This document shows positions 37,264 to 46,595 of a stretch of 64,000 nt of DNA, piece after piece; the stretch's first letter is position 1, and every line of letters starts with the position of its first letter. Location of the stretch: the NCBI GenBank assembly GCA_004297725.1, contig SCUS01000031.1, forward strand, positions 9,550 through 73,549. The letters run 5' to 3'. The DNA is from Myxococcaceae bacterium (GTDB taxonomy: Bacteria; Myxococcota_A; Polyangia; Polyangiales; Ga0077539). A program made the translations under genes and the position numbers. The notes under the pieces were generated by a model, which searched no databases, had not been told where the DNA came from, and saw only the letters and a list, made by a program, of their open reading frames with translations.

Positions 37264-38625
37264 TCAGGCCGTCGCCTCGGGCCGCCGCGTCGGTCGCCGC
37301 CGCTCGGTGAGCACCACGCGCGTCCCGCCGCTCGGTGCCATGGTGATGGTCCGCCGCACGGTCTTCACCGGGCCCGGCGTCTCCAGGCGCAGCCGCGCCC
37401 GCAGCCACATCTCCGCGAGCACCACCTTCATCTCGTGCAGCGCGAAGGCCATCCCGACGCAGCGGCGCACGCCCCCGCCGAAGGGCAGCCACGCGTACGG
37501 GTCGATCTTCGCGCCGACGAAGCGCTCGGGCCGAAACCGCCGCGGCTCCGCCCAGCTCTCCTCGCGCTGGTGCGCCAGGTAGATGCACGGCATCAGGTTG
37601 GCGCCCACGGGCACGTCGTATCCCGCCACCCTCGTCGGGGCGCGCACGCGGCGCACCACGTCCGGCAGGATCGGCCGCAGCCGCAGCGACTCCTTCACCA
37701 CCGCGTCGAGGTACTCCAGGCGCGGCAGCGCCCCGAGGTCGAGGCCCCCGCCGTCGCCGCGCGCCCCGTCGAGCTCGGCGTCGAGCTTCGCGGCGACCTC
37801 GGGGTTCTCCAGCAGGCAGGCCACGGTCCACGAGAGGGCCGTCGCGGAGGTCTCGTGGCCGGCGACCAGCATGGTGACCAGCTCGTCGCGGAGCTCGTCG
37901 TCGGTCATGGGCTGTCCCTCCTCGTCGCGCGCCGACATCAGCAGCGAGAGGATGTCGGTGCGCCCGTCGGTGCCTCGGGCGCGTCGGTCACGCAGCAGCT
38001 CGCGGAGCACGCGATCGACCGCGTCGCGCCGCCGCACGAAGGTGCGGTAGGGGCTCAGCGGGAAGTCGAGGTACCGCACCGGCACGAAGGTCATCGCCGC
38101 GGGCGGCGGCTTCAGGAACTCGATCAGCCGCGCCTCCAGCGCCCCCATGGTCTCGCCCTCGTCGAGCCCGAACACCGCGCGCAGGATCACCCGCAGCGTG
38201 ATCTCCTGCATGTGCGTGTGCACGGCGAAGGGCGCGCCGCTCGGCATGCGCGCGACGCTCGCCCTGGTGGCGTCGGCCATGATGCGCGAGTAGGTCTGCA
38301 TCCGCTCCCCGTGCAGCGGCGGGAGCAGCAGGCGCCGCTGTCGGATGTGCCGCGGGCCGTCGAGGAGCAGCACCGAGTTGCGGCCCACCATGGGCTCCAG
38401 GATCTCGTTGGCCTCGCCCGCGCGCAGGGCGTCGGGGTCGGCGGTGAAGACCTGCTTGATGAGCTCCGGGGCGACGACGCCCACGTAGGTTCCGACGGGG
38501 CCCATGTCGACCATGAAGGGGTCGCCGTAGCGCGCGAGGCACTCGTCGAAGTAGGCCAGCGGCCGGAAGGTGAACTGCGCGATCTGCGCCGCGGCGGGCA
38601 ACCGGGAGCCGGGGGGGAGCGACAT
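37264..38625 (-). CDS. cytochrome P450
   Basis: Heme loop FGGGVRRCVGMAFA, I-helix LVAGHETSA, ExxR ESLRLRP. The start at MSLPPGSRLP (Met17 of the track ORF) is typical for P450s. Confidence 0.92.
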   Translation of the reverse strand: MSLPPGSRLPAAAQIAQFTFRPLAYFDECLARYGDPFMVDMGPVGTYVGVVAPELIKQVFTADPDALRAGEANEILEPMVGRNSVLLLDGPRHIRQRRLLLPPLHGERMQTYSRIMADATRASVARMPSGAPFAVHTHMQEITLRVILRAVFGLDEGETMGALEARLIEFLKPPPAAMTFVPVRYLDFPLSPYRTFVRRRDAVDRVLRELLRDRRARGTDGRTDILSLLMSARDEEGQPMTDDELRDELVTMLVAGHETSATALSWTVACLLENPEVAAKLDAELDGARGDGGGLDLGALPRLEYLDAVVKESLRLRPILPDVVRRVRAPTRVAGYDVPVGANLMPCIYLAHQREESWAEPRRFRPERFVGAKIDPYAWLPFGGGVRRCVGMAFALHEMKVVLAEMWLRARLRLETPGPVKTVRRTITMAPSGGTRVVLTERRRPTRRPEATA

Positions 38626-38725
38626 CGCGGCGCATCGTAACAGCGCGGGGCGAAGGTCGCTGCCGCCCGCCACGCTCCCGTCGCGGCGGCGGATGCGCTC
38701 CCGTCCATGCTACGCAAGCCACGCC

Positions 38726-39034
38726 ATGTCCGACGACGTCACCCGCTGCCCCGGCGGACCATGCCCCCTCCGCGACGACTGCTACCGCTTCCGCGCCGTC
38801 GCCTACGGCCGCTACGACGCCCTGGCTACGCCCCCCTACGACCGCGCGACGGGCGCCTGCGAGCACCACCTCCCGCTCTCCCGCTACGAGCCCACGGAGG
38901 CCGATCTCCGCACCCGCGCCTATCACCTCTGGCAGCGCCGCGGCGCCCCCGAGGGGAGCCCCGGGCTCGACTGGTCGGCCGCGCGCGAGCAGTTCGCCGC
39001 CGAGCTCGCGGCGCGCCTGTCGCCGCCCCGATGA
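38726..39034 (+). CDS. DUF2934-like small protein with an N-terminal Cys cluster
   Basis: The internal ATG gives MSDDVTRCPGGPCPLRDDCYRF... IRTRAYHLWQRRGAPEGSPGLDWSAAREQ resembles the DUF2934 core. Confidence 0.6.
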   Translation: MSDDVTRCPGGPCPLRDDCYRFRAVAYGRYDALATPPYDRATGACEHHLPLSRYEPTEADLRTRAYHLWQRRGAPEGSPGLDWSAAREQFAAELAARLSPPR

Positions 39035-39099
39035 ACCTCCGCTGGCGACGGGTCGGTCGCCGGGGGCGGTGATGGGCGTCGCGCGGGCCTCGAACCGCC

Positions 39100-39963
39100 C
39101 TACGGCCGCGAGTCGAGCGTGGCGCCGAGCGACACCGTCATGAAGTGCAGCCAGTTGCTCTGGTAGCCGTCGCTCGAGCTCGTCGGGTCCCCCTGGCCCA
39201 CCGCGCCGCCGCCGATGTACCGGAGGTTCACGAAGGCGTCGACGTGCCGGACCACCCGCCAGCCCACGCGCACGCTCGCGTCGAGGATGGCCCCGGTGAC
39301 CTCGTTGTCGCTGCCGTTGATGACCGAGATGGGCGCGTAGATGCCGTCGAGCTCGAAGGCGAAGAAGCCCCGCGCCGCCACGGGGAAGCGGCCCCGCGCC
39401 CTCAACAGCGGCACCGGGCCGACGTCGTTGCGCTGCCGGAAGGTGCGCCCGTCGACGGACTCGAACTCGATGCTGGCGTTGCGTAGCTGGAGCCCCACGC
39501 CGAAGGCCAGCTCGCGGTCGGCCTCGGGCAGCACGTCGTAGGCCCACCCCGCGCGGAAGAACGGGAACCCGTACCGCGCCCGCATCGGCGTCCCGGCCGC
39601 GAAGGTGGCGCCGTCGATGCGGAGGTCGCGCGCGAGCGTCGTGGTCGAGTCGATCTGCAGCGGCTGGTAGAGGAAGGTGAAGAGGTGCCGGCGGCGCAGG
39701 TCGACCTCGATGGAGGCGCGCGCGAAGGTGTAGAGGTTGGTCTGCGCGGCGTCGTCGCGGTAGTCGACGCGGCTGCCGTCGCGACCGAGCTGGATGAAGT
39801 GCCGTCCGACCGCGAGGAAGCCGAGCTCGGCCTGCGCGCGGAGCCCGAGCGCGGGCTCCCGGGGGGCGGCAGGCGGGTCCTGCGCCGCGGCGGTCGTGGC
39901 GGCCAGCGAGCACGAGAGCAGGAGGGCCAGCGAGCCGGGCGGGCGGAGGGTGTTCATGCGCAT
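39100..39963 (-). CDS. putative outer-membrane beta-barrel protein
   Basis: Signal peptide ...SCSLAATTAAAQD. Alternating hydrophobic beta-strand pattern throughout (ELGFLAV, YTFARASIEVDL, FAFELDGIYAPI). Confidence 0.55.
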   Translation of the reverse strand: MRMNTLRPPGSLALLLSCSLAATTAAAQDPPAAPREPALGLRAQAELGFLAVGRHFIQLGRDGSRVDYRDDAAQTNLYTFARASIEVDLRRRHLFTFLYQPLQIDSTTTLARDLRIDGATFAAGTPMRARYGFPFFRAGWAYDVLPEADRELAFGVGLQLRNASIEFESVDGRTFRQRNDVGPVPLLRARGRFPVAARGFFAFELDGIYAPISVINGSDNEVTGAILDASVRVGWRVVRHVDAFVNLRYIGGGAVGQGDPTSSSDGYQSNWLHFMTVSLGATLDSRP

Positions 39964-40068
39964 GGGATGGAAGATAGGGCCCGGGCGTTGCGCAGCCCAT
40001 CGACGAGGCCGCGCTCTCCCGCTCCGCCTCCGCGTCTGCCGGGGCGCGCTTCATGGTAGTTCCGTGAC

Positions 40069-40932
40069 GTGGCCCGGCTTCGCCCCATCGCCCGCGACCG
40101 CCGCTCGGACGACGACACGACCGTCGTGACCGCCAGGCAGATGCGCCACGACGGCGCTGGCTCCTGCCGCACGCCCGTCACGCACAGCGACGCGGCGCTC
40201 GCCTTTCACACGGGCGGCGGGTCGCGCGTGGAGCTGCGGGGCGAATGGAAGCTCCGCGAGGGTGACCTCCTGCTCATCCCCGCCGGCGAGGCCCACCGCA
40301 CGCTGGAGGCGAGTCGCGCGGAGTTCTGGGGCCTGTCGTTCTGCGTGCCGTGCTTCGCCGCCGACGGCGCCGCGACGCTCCTCGAGCCCTTCGAGAGGGT
40401 GCGCGACGGGGCCTCGGCGGTCGTCCACGTCCCCGCGGAGCGCCACGAGTACCTCGCCGCGCTCTTCCGCGAGCTCGAGCGCCTCGGCCGCGAGCCGCGC
40501 GGTCCGAGCGACGTCCTCGACGCCGTGCAGCGGAGCCTGCTCACGCTGATCCTGGCCGAGGCCGACCGGGCCGCGAGCGCGGGCGACCTCCCTCGCGCCG
40601 CAGGGGGCGGCGTGGCCGTCGACGCCCTCCGCTTCATCGAGCGCAACTGCCTCCAGCGGCTCACGCTCGTCGGCGTCGCTGCCGCGGTGGGACGGAGCCC
40701 CGCGTACGTCACCACCGCCCTCACGCGCGCCACCGGGCGGAGCGCGGTCCAGTGGATCGTGAGCGGACGGATGGCCGAGGCGCGGCGCCTGCTGCTCCAC
40801 TCCGACGAGAGGGTCGACGTCGTCGCGGAGCGCGTGGGCTACGCAGACCCGACCCACTTCATCAGGATGTTTCGTCGCGAGCACGGCGCTACGCCCGCCG
40901 CGTGGAGGGCGGCGCGCACCCGCTCCTCGTGA
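40069..40932 (+). CDS. AraC family transcriptional regulator (cupin + HTH)
   Basis: Cupin-like GDLLLIPAGEAHR. The C-terminal dual HTH ...VAAAVGRSPAYVTTALTRATGRS...VAERVGYADPTHFIRMFRREHGATPAAWR is classic AraC. GTG start, uncertain. Confidence 0.85.
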   Translation: MARLRPIARDRRSDDDTTVVTARQMRHDGAGSCRTPVTHSDAALAFHTGGGSRVELRGEWKLREGDLLLIPAGEAHRTLEASRAEFWGLSFCVPCFAADGAATLLEPFERVRDGASAVVHVPAERHEYLAALFRELERLGREPRGPSDVLDAVQRSLLTLILAEADRAASAGDLPRAAGGGVAVDALRFIERNCLQRLTLVGVAAAVGRSPAYVTTALTRATGRSAVQWIVSGRMAEARRLLLHSDERVDVVAERVGYADPTHFIRMFRREHGATPAAWRAARTRSS

Positions 40933-40966
40933 GCCGTCGTCAGCCGCTCCTACAGACCAGCGGTGA

Positions 40967-41884
40967 TCACAGCGCTCCGCTCGTGGCGAGCTCCATCGTG
41001 AGCTCGGCGTTGATCGCCGCCGCGGCGTGGGTGCCCGCCGCGGCCGCGAGGATCGCGCCCTGCATTCGCGTCGTCAGGTCGCCCGAGGCGTAGACGCCCG
41101 CGACGGAGGTCTGGCGCGTCATCGGGTCGACCCGCACGGAGCCGTCGCCCTCCAGCGCGAGGCCGAGCGCGCCCACCAGCCCGACCTGCCGCTGGGGCGG
41201 ATGGGCGAAGAGCACCTCGCAGCGCACCCGGGCGCCATCCGCGAGCTCGACCGCTTCGAGTCGCTGCCCCTCCGCCACGAGGCGCGCCACGGCGGCCGTC
41301 TCGAGGCGCACCCCCGCGGACCGGAGGCGCAGGGCCGCCTCGTCCGGCACCTCGAAGGCGCCGCCGGTGAAGACGACCAGGTCGCGCGTCCACCCCCGGA
41401 GCAGGAGGGCGAAGGGCAGGAGGTGCGAGGAGTCCGCCGCGCGAGAGAGGTATCCCCAGGGGCGGTCCTGCGCCTCCCAGCCGTGGCAGTAGGGGCACTG
41501 GAAGACCGCGTGGCCCCAGAGGTCACCGAAGCCCTCGATCGCGGGCAGCTCGTCGATCATCCCGGTGCAGAGGAGCACCCGGCGCGCCTCGACGGTGTCC
41601 GCGCCGACCGCGGCGCGAAACGCCCCGCTGGAGCCCTCGACGCCGTCGACCTGCGCGTCCCGCACGTCGACGTTCGGATAGGCCGCGAGCTGCTGCCGTC
41701 CGATGCGGCGAAACTCCTCCGGGGGAGTGCCGTCGCGGGTGACGAAGTTGTGCACGTGCTCCGCGGCGGCGTTTCGTCGCGGCCCCGCGTCGCAGAGCAG
41801 CACGCGCTTGCGCGCCCGACCGAGCGCGAGCGCGGCGGAGAGGCCGGCGGGGCCCCCTCCCACGATGATGACGTCATACGGCAT
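40967..41884 (-). CDS. thioredoxin-reductase-like NAD(P)/FAD-dependent oxidoreductase
   Basis: The start MPYDVIIVGGGPAGLSAAL (GxGxxG) is Met221 of the track ORF. FQCPYCHGWE redox motif. GDL...ILAAAAG at the C-terminus. Confidence 0.88.
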   Translation of the reverse strand: MPYDVIIVGGGPAGLSAALALGRARKRVLLCDAGPRRNAAAEHVHNFVTRDGTPPEEFRRIGRQQLAAYPNVDVRDAQVDGVEGSSGAFRAAVGADTVEARRVLLCTGMIDELPAIEGFGDLWGHAVFQCPYCHGWEAQDRPWGYLSRAADSSHLLPFALLLRGWTRDLVVFTGGAFEVPDEAALRLRSAGVRLETAAVARLVAEGQRLEAVELADGARVRCEVLFAHPPQRQVGLVGALGLALEGDGSVRVDPMTRQTSVAGVYASGDLTTRMQGAILAAAAGTHAAAAINAELTMELATSGAL

Positions 41885-42077
41885 GTCGGGTCTCCTCACG
41901 GGTGGCGACGAGGGCCATCCCATGGGTGTTCGTAGCTCCGCTCGTCGGCTCCGTGGGAGGGCGTGGCTTTCGGTGCGATCGGCGTGGTCCTGGGTGCCTG
42001 CGTCGCGCGCGGAGAGGGGACCCGGGGCGGGTGTCGGTTGACGCGCCGCGGAGGTCTCTGCGACCTTCGCGACCCTG

Positions 42078-43109
42078 ATGGGGATGCTCAGGCCATCGTG
42101 GGGTCGCGTCGGCGCGCTCGCCCTCGCTCTGTTCGCTCCGGCCGCGTCGGCGCAGCCGCTTGGCCCCGCGCCGGCGTTCACCCCCTCCCGCCACGGAACC
42201 AACCGCTGGGAGGGCTCGCTCGCCGCGGTCTCCGTCGCCACCGTCGTCGCGCCCGCGAGCCGCGGGTCCGACGTCGCGCTCTCCCTCGGCGCCGGGGTCG
42301 CGCCGCGGGCGTGGCTCGGGCGCGGGTTCCAGCTCCGGGGCGCCTTCTCGCTCTCTCGCGTCTTCACCAGCAGCGACAGCACGACCACCCGCCCGGAGAC
42401 CCGGGTCCACGACCCGTCGGTGGCACTCTGGTTCCACGGCATCCCGTCGTTCGCGGGCTTCCATCCGGCCGTAGCGCTGGGGCTGGTGTTCCCGCTGTCG
42501 GTCGAGTCGCAGGCCCGCACCCTCCTGCTCGGCACCCAGCTCACGGCGCAGCTCGCGTGGTGGCGCCGCGTCTCCTCCGTGACCCTCTTCGCGCGCGCCG
42601 CCGTGGGCTGGGAGCACAGCTTCTACGAGTACTCGACCCCCGGCGTGCGCTCGGCCCCGTCCTCGCGCCCGACGTGTTACGGCAGCAGCAGCGGCAGCAG
42701 CAGCTGCGCCGATCAGCTCTCGGGCCTCGCCTCGATCTCCGACTCCCTCTGGTGGTCGCTGGCCTTCGCACCCCGCTGGCGGCACTTCAGCCCGGGCGTC
42801 TCCTTCCAGCTCGATCGGGCCATTCCCGCTTCGTTCTCGACCGTCGTGGGGCTCTCCACGTCCGCCTCGGACCGCTACTACAGCAGCTTCTCGACGTGGC
42901 TGGAGTTCATCCCCACGCCGCCCCTCTCGGTGCTGCTCTCGTACACGCTCTCCCGCCCCGTCCTCGACGCGGACGGCACCTATGGAAACCCCTTCTGGGC
43001 GCCCCACAAGCCCGCCGTCGTCGCCCTCACCCTGGTGCTGCGCCTCGACGAACTCGTCGCCGCGGCGCGCGGCGAACCCGCCGGTCCGGGCGGCATCGTC
43101 CGTTGGTAG
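42078..43109 (+). CDS. secreted protein, possible outer-membrane beta-barrel
   Basis: Signal peptide ALALALFAPAASA|QP. Amphipathic beta-strand pattern. C-terminal aromatic residue (…GGIVRW). Confidence 0.5.
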   Translation: MGMLRPSWGRVGALALALFAPAASAQPLGPAPAFTPSRHGTNRWEGSLAAVSVATVVAPASRGSDVALSLGAGVAPRAWLGRGFQLRGAFSLSRVFTSSDSTTTRPETRVHDPSVALWFHGIPSFAGFHPAVALGLVFPLSVESQARTLLLGTQLTAQLAWWRRVSSVTLFARAAVGWEHSFYEYSTPGVRSAPSSRPTCYGSSSGSSSCADQLSGLASISDSLWWSLAFAPRWRHFSPGVSFQLDRAIPASFSTVVGLSTSASDRYYSSFSTWLEFIPTPPLSVLLSYTLSRPVLDADGTYGNPFWAPHKPAVVALTLVLRLDELVAAARGEPAGPGGIVRW

Positions 43110-43225
43110 GGCGTCCGCCGAACTCCGGCAGGGCCAGGGCCTCGCCCGCGACGGTGAGGTCGCAGGTGCCGTCGGGGTTGCGGCGGTCGTGCTCGATGCG
43201 GCGGCGCCCCCTCCGCTGACCCCCT

Positions 43226-44632
43226 CTATGGGGCAGCGCCCGCGGCGCGCGCGAGGTGCCGCCCGAAGGCGGTCATCACCTGCTTGTGGAAGGGCGCCTG
43301 GGTGAGCGTGTACACGGGCCACGGGAGGCGCGGCTCGAAGTCGTGGATGGCCGCGAGCAGCACCGAGCCGTCGAGCACCTGGCGCAGCTCGAAGCGGGCG
43401 CGCTTCGTCGGGCGCGCGAGCAGGCCGCCGGTGACGTAGAAGAGCTGCCGGTCGGGGGTCGAGCGCGCCGGCGCCGGGGTGAGCTGGAGGAGCGTCCCGG
43501 CGGGCGTACGGAAGCGGCAGGTGCGGTCGGCGTCGACGTCCACGCGCAGCAGGGCCCCGAAGTACGTAGGGAGCCAGCGGACGTACTCGTCGGCCGCCCA
43601 CGCGGCGTCGCGCCCCGGCGGGAGCGTCATGCGCTGCACCGAGCGCACGCGCCGGCCGGCCTTCGCGGAGGCGGGGCGGAAGGCGATGGGCCCTTTGCCC
43701 GCGGGGCGCGCTCGCTCGTCGGCGAGGGCGCGCTCGAGGGCCGCGCGGGCCGTGAGCCCGGGGCGCTGCGCGAGGCCCTGCAGGCGGCGGTCGCCGGCGA
43801 CCATCTCGTGCTCCAGGCTCTCGACGAGCGGACCCACGAGGTCGAGCGGCGCCCCGGTCACGAGGCGCACCCACCAGCGGGACAGGCCCACCGTGAGGAA
43901 GGGCACGGGGTACATCGGCCGCTCGAGCCCGAGCAGCGAGCCGGTGAGCGCGAGCAGCTCGCGGTAGTTGAGCACGTCCGGCGAGCCGACGTCGTAGGCC
44001 TCGCCGAAGCACTCCGGGCGGCCGAGCACGAAGCGCAGCAGCGCGACCACGTCGTCGAGGGCGATGGGCTGCATGCGCGTGGCCGTCCAGGCGGGCGTGA
44101 GCATCGCAGGGAGGCGCTCGACCAGCAGCCGCAGCATCTCGAAGGACGATCCCCCCGCGCCGATGACGAGGCCCGCGCGCAGCGTGGTGACGGGCACGCC
44201 GTAGCCGCCGAGCGCTCGCTCGACCTCGAGGCGGCTGGCGAGGTGCGCCGAGAGGTGCTCGCCCGCGGGCGTGAGGCCGCCCAGGTACACGATCTGCCGG
44301 GCGCCGGCGCGCTTCGCGGCGCGGGCGAAGTTGTCGGCGCACACCAGGTCGAAGTCGCGGAAGCTGCCCTGCGTGAGGTGCGCCGAGGGCATCATGCTGT
44401 GCACCAGGTACACGGCGAGGTCGGCGCCCTCGAGCGCTCGCTCGGCGTCGAGGAGCGAGAAGAGGTCGCACGCCCGCCACGCGGCGACGTCGGCGTCGGG
44501 AGCGCGCTCGCCTCGGGACAGGCCGATGACCCGGTGGTCGGGCGAGAGGGCGTGGGCGAGGGCGCGGCCGACGAAGCCGGTGGCTCCGGCGATCACCACG
44601 GCGGGCTTCGAGGCGGCAGGCTCGGTGGACAT
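43226..44632 (-). CDS. NAD(P)H-binding (NmrA/SDR-like) protein with a ~200-aa C-terminal domain of unknown function
   Basis: VVIAGATGFVGRAL Rossmann motif, YLVHSM, IVYLGG. The C-terminal half may be DUF2867-like; I could not verify this. Confidence 0.78.
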   Translation of the reverse strand: MSTEPAASKPAVVIAGATGFVGRALAHALSPDHRVIGLSRGERAPDADVAAWRACDLFSLLDAERALEGADLAVYLVHSMMPSAHLTQGSFRDFDLVCADNFARAAKRAGARQIVYLGGLTPAGEHLSAHLASRLEVERALGGYGVPVTTLRAGLVIGAGGSSFEMLRLLVERLPAMLTPAWTATRMQPIALDDVVALLRFVLGRPECFGEAYDVGSPDVLNYRELLALTGSLLGLERPMYPVPFLTVGLSRWWVRLVTGAPLDLVGPLVESLEHEMVAGDRRLQGLAQRPGLTARAALERALADERARPAGKGPIAFRPASAKAGRRVRSVQRMTLPPGRDAAWAADEYVRWLPTYFGALLRVDVDADRTCRFRTPAGTLLQLTPAPARSTPDRQLFYVTGGLLARPTKRARFELRQVLDGSVLLAAIHDFEPRLPWPVYTLTQAPFHKQVMTAFGRHLARAAGAAP

Positions 44633-44665
44633 ACGCCCGTTGGATGCCCCGCGCCCCGACGCGGG

Positions 44666-46144
44666 TCACGCGCGCGGCGGCGATCGGCCCGCGACCAGCG
44701 CCGCGACCCTGGCGCCGCCGAGGGCCGTCGCGAGGGTGCTCTGGCCGGGAAACACCGAGTCCCCGACCATCCAGAGCCCCGGTCGCACCGGGGCAGGGAC
44801 CATCCCCAGGTAGCTGGCGATTCCGCGCACCCGGGGTGCGCCGCCGACGTAGCCGCCGGGCCGCCCGACGAAGCGCGCGAAGGTGCGCGGCGAGGCCGTG
44901 AGCCGGTGCACCGTGGCGTCGGCGAGCTCCGGGGCGCGGCGGGCGATGGTGTCGCCCATGGCGGACTGCACCCTGGTGATGTACTCGCCCTGCGCCGCGG
45001 GGCCGAGCGCGGTGAACGCCGCCATGGGGACGTGCGTCGACGCGGTGACCGTGCGCGCGCCGCCGGGCCCTCGCGCCTCGTCCGCGCCGCTGATCGAGCA
45101 GAACACGTGGTTGCCTTCGGTGAAGGGTCTCGCCGGGTCGTCGACGAGCTCGAGGTGGTGCGCCTCGGAGCGCAGGGCCGCGCCGGGCGAGAGCCCGAGG
45201 TAGAGCATGGCCGCGCCCCAGCCGCCTTCGACGCGCGCGGTGAGTCTGGCGAGCTCCGGGGCCTCGCCGCCGAGCAGGCCCGTGAGGGCCTGAGGGATGA
45301 CGTTGGCGATCACCTGCCGCGCGGTGACCTCGCCTCGGCGGGTGCGCACCCGCCAGCCCCCGGCGACGGGGGTGAGCCCGTGGACGGACTCGCTCAGTCG
45401 CACCTCGCCGCCGAGCGAGCGGACGGCGTCGAGCAGGGCCTCGGCGAGCACGCCGATGCCGCCGTGGACGTGGCGGGTTCCGCGGAAGTAGTAGTCCATG
45501 GTGGCGAGGGCGAAGGGGGCCTCGGCGTCGGCGGCGGAGGCCTGCACGGTGATCTGCGAGACGGCGTCGAGGTAGACGCGCAGGGGCTCGAAGTCCGCGA
45601 GGCCGTGGGCGGCGACGACCTCCGCGAGGGAGCGCCCGATCCACGGGACGAGCGGGAGGTAGCGGGGCGAGCGGGCGAGGTGGGTGAGCAGCGCGCGCGC
45701 GTTGAAGGGCGGCAGCAGCGCCGGGTCGTCGAAGAGCGACCAGAGCGCGCCGGCGAGGGACTCCTGGCGGGCGAAGAAGGCCGCGAGGCGGTCGCGGGGC
45801 GCGCCGGGGAAGGCCCCGAGGCGAGCGACGAGCTCGTCTCGCCGAGCGGACACGGGCAGGGTGAACTGCGGCGTGCGGAGCTCGACGAGGGGGTCGGGCA
45901 CGCGGGTCTCGACGGGGAGGTGGTGGCGGTCGATCCAGCGGGCGAAGAGCTGGCCGTCGTCGAAGCCCGAGAAGAGGGTGGCGCCGCTCTCGAAGCGCCA
46001 GCCCCCGCGGGTGAAGGTGGAGGCGCAGCCGCCGGGGTATTTCAGGGACTCGCAGAGCACGACGCGGGCGCCCTGCTCGGCGAGCGTGAGGGCCGCGCCG
46101 AGGCCGCCGAAGCCTGCTCCGACGATGGCGCAGTCGTAGATCAT
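44666..46144 (-). CDS. phytoene-desaturase-family (CrtI-like) FAD-dependent oxidoreductase
   Basis: The start MIYDCAIVGAGFGGLGAAL is Met18 of the track ORF. GGCASTF...GATLFSG, and a C-terminal MVGDSVFPGQS motif typical of the CrtI/CrtD family. Confidence 0.85.
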   Translation of the reverse strand: MIYDCAIVGAGFGGLGAALTLAEQGARVVLCESLKYPGGCASTFTRGGWRFESGATLFSGFDDGQLFARWIDRHHLPVETRVPDPLVELRTPQFTLPVSARRDELVARLGAFPGAPRDRLAAFFARQESLAGALWSLFDDPALLPPFNARALLTHLARSPRYLPLVPWIGRSLAEVVAAHGLADFEPLRVYLDAVSQITVQASAADAEAPFALATMDYYFRGTRHVHGGIGVLAEALLDAVRSLGGEVRLSESVHGLTPVAGGWRVRTRRGEVTARQVIANVIPQALTGLLGGEAPELARLTARVEGGWGAAMLYLGLSPGAALRSEAHHLELVDDPARPFTEGNHVFCSISGADEARGPGGARTVTASTHVPMAAFTALGPAAQGEYITRVQSAMGDTIARRAPELADATVHRLTASPRTFARFVGRPGGYVGGAPRVRGIASYLGMVPAPVRPGLWMVGDSVFPGQSTLATALGGARVAALVAGRSPPRA

Positions 46145-46382
46145 CCGGGCTGTGGGATGCCCGGGCGGCGCGATCGGGTTCCGCCGGGCTTCCACCAGGC
46201 CGGGGCGCTCACGCGGACGCCCTGCCGGCTGTGCGAGGTGCCCTCTCCGTCGAGGCGGCGACTCCGCCGGGGCTGAAGGGGGCCCTGCGGACTCCCACGG
46301 CTTGACGTCCTCTTCCGATGATCGATGTGGGGAGGTAATGGATGGGACGCCCCTTCAGAACAGGGCGCCCCGTGAGGCCCCC

Positions 46383-46586
46383 ATGCGGGGAGAGACCGGC
46401 GTCATGTCGAGGCCCCGTCGCGCGCGAAGATCGCAGCGGCGCAGCGTGCAGCTCAGCGCCGCCACGCGCTGCTTCGGGACCGCGACCTACACCTGCTCGT
46501 CGACCACCAACCGCCCGACGACCACGTCGTGCCAGGCCGAGGGCTTCGCCGCCGTCCAGTGCCTCTCGGCCGACGCCGGACCCTGA
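46383..46586 (+). CDS. small Arg-rich/Thr-Ser-Cys-rich protein (candidate only)
   Basis: This frame has about 90% G/C at third positions (8 exceptions in 82 codons, counted by hand). GAGG lies 5 nt upstream of the ATG at 46383. Product ...MSRPRRARRSQRRSVQLSAATRCFGTATYTCSSTTNRPTTTSCQAEGFAAVQCLSADAGP. Confidence 0.35.
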   Translation: MRGETGVMSRPRRARRSQRRSVQLSAATRCFGTATYTCSSTTNRPTTTSCQAEGFAAVQCLSADAGP

Positions 46587-46595
46587 CCCGCGCGG

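Noticed and set aside
41874-46276. Very long ORFs 41874..45644 (-, 1256 aa) and 43256..46276 (+, 1006 aa)
   Set aside because: Their translations are low-complexity (R/A/G/P/E). They overlap well-supported genes (SDR-like, CrtI-like, TrxR-like) in other frames or strands. These are typical GC-rich shadow ORFs.
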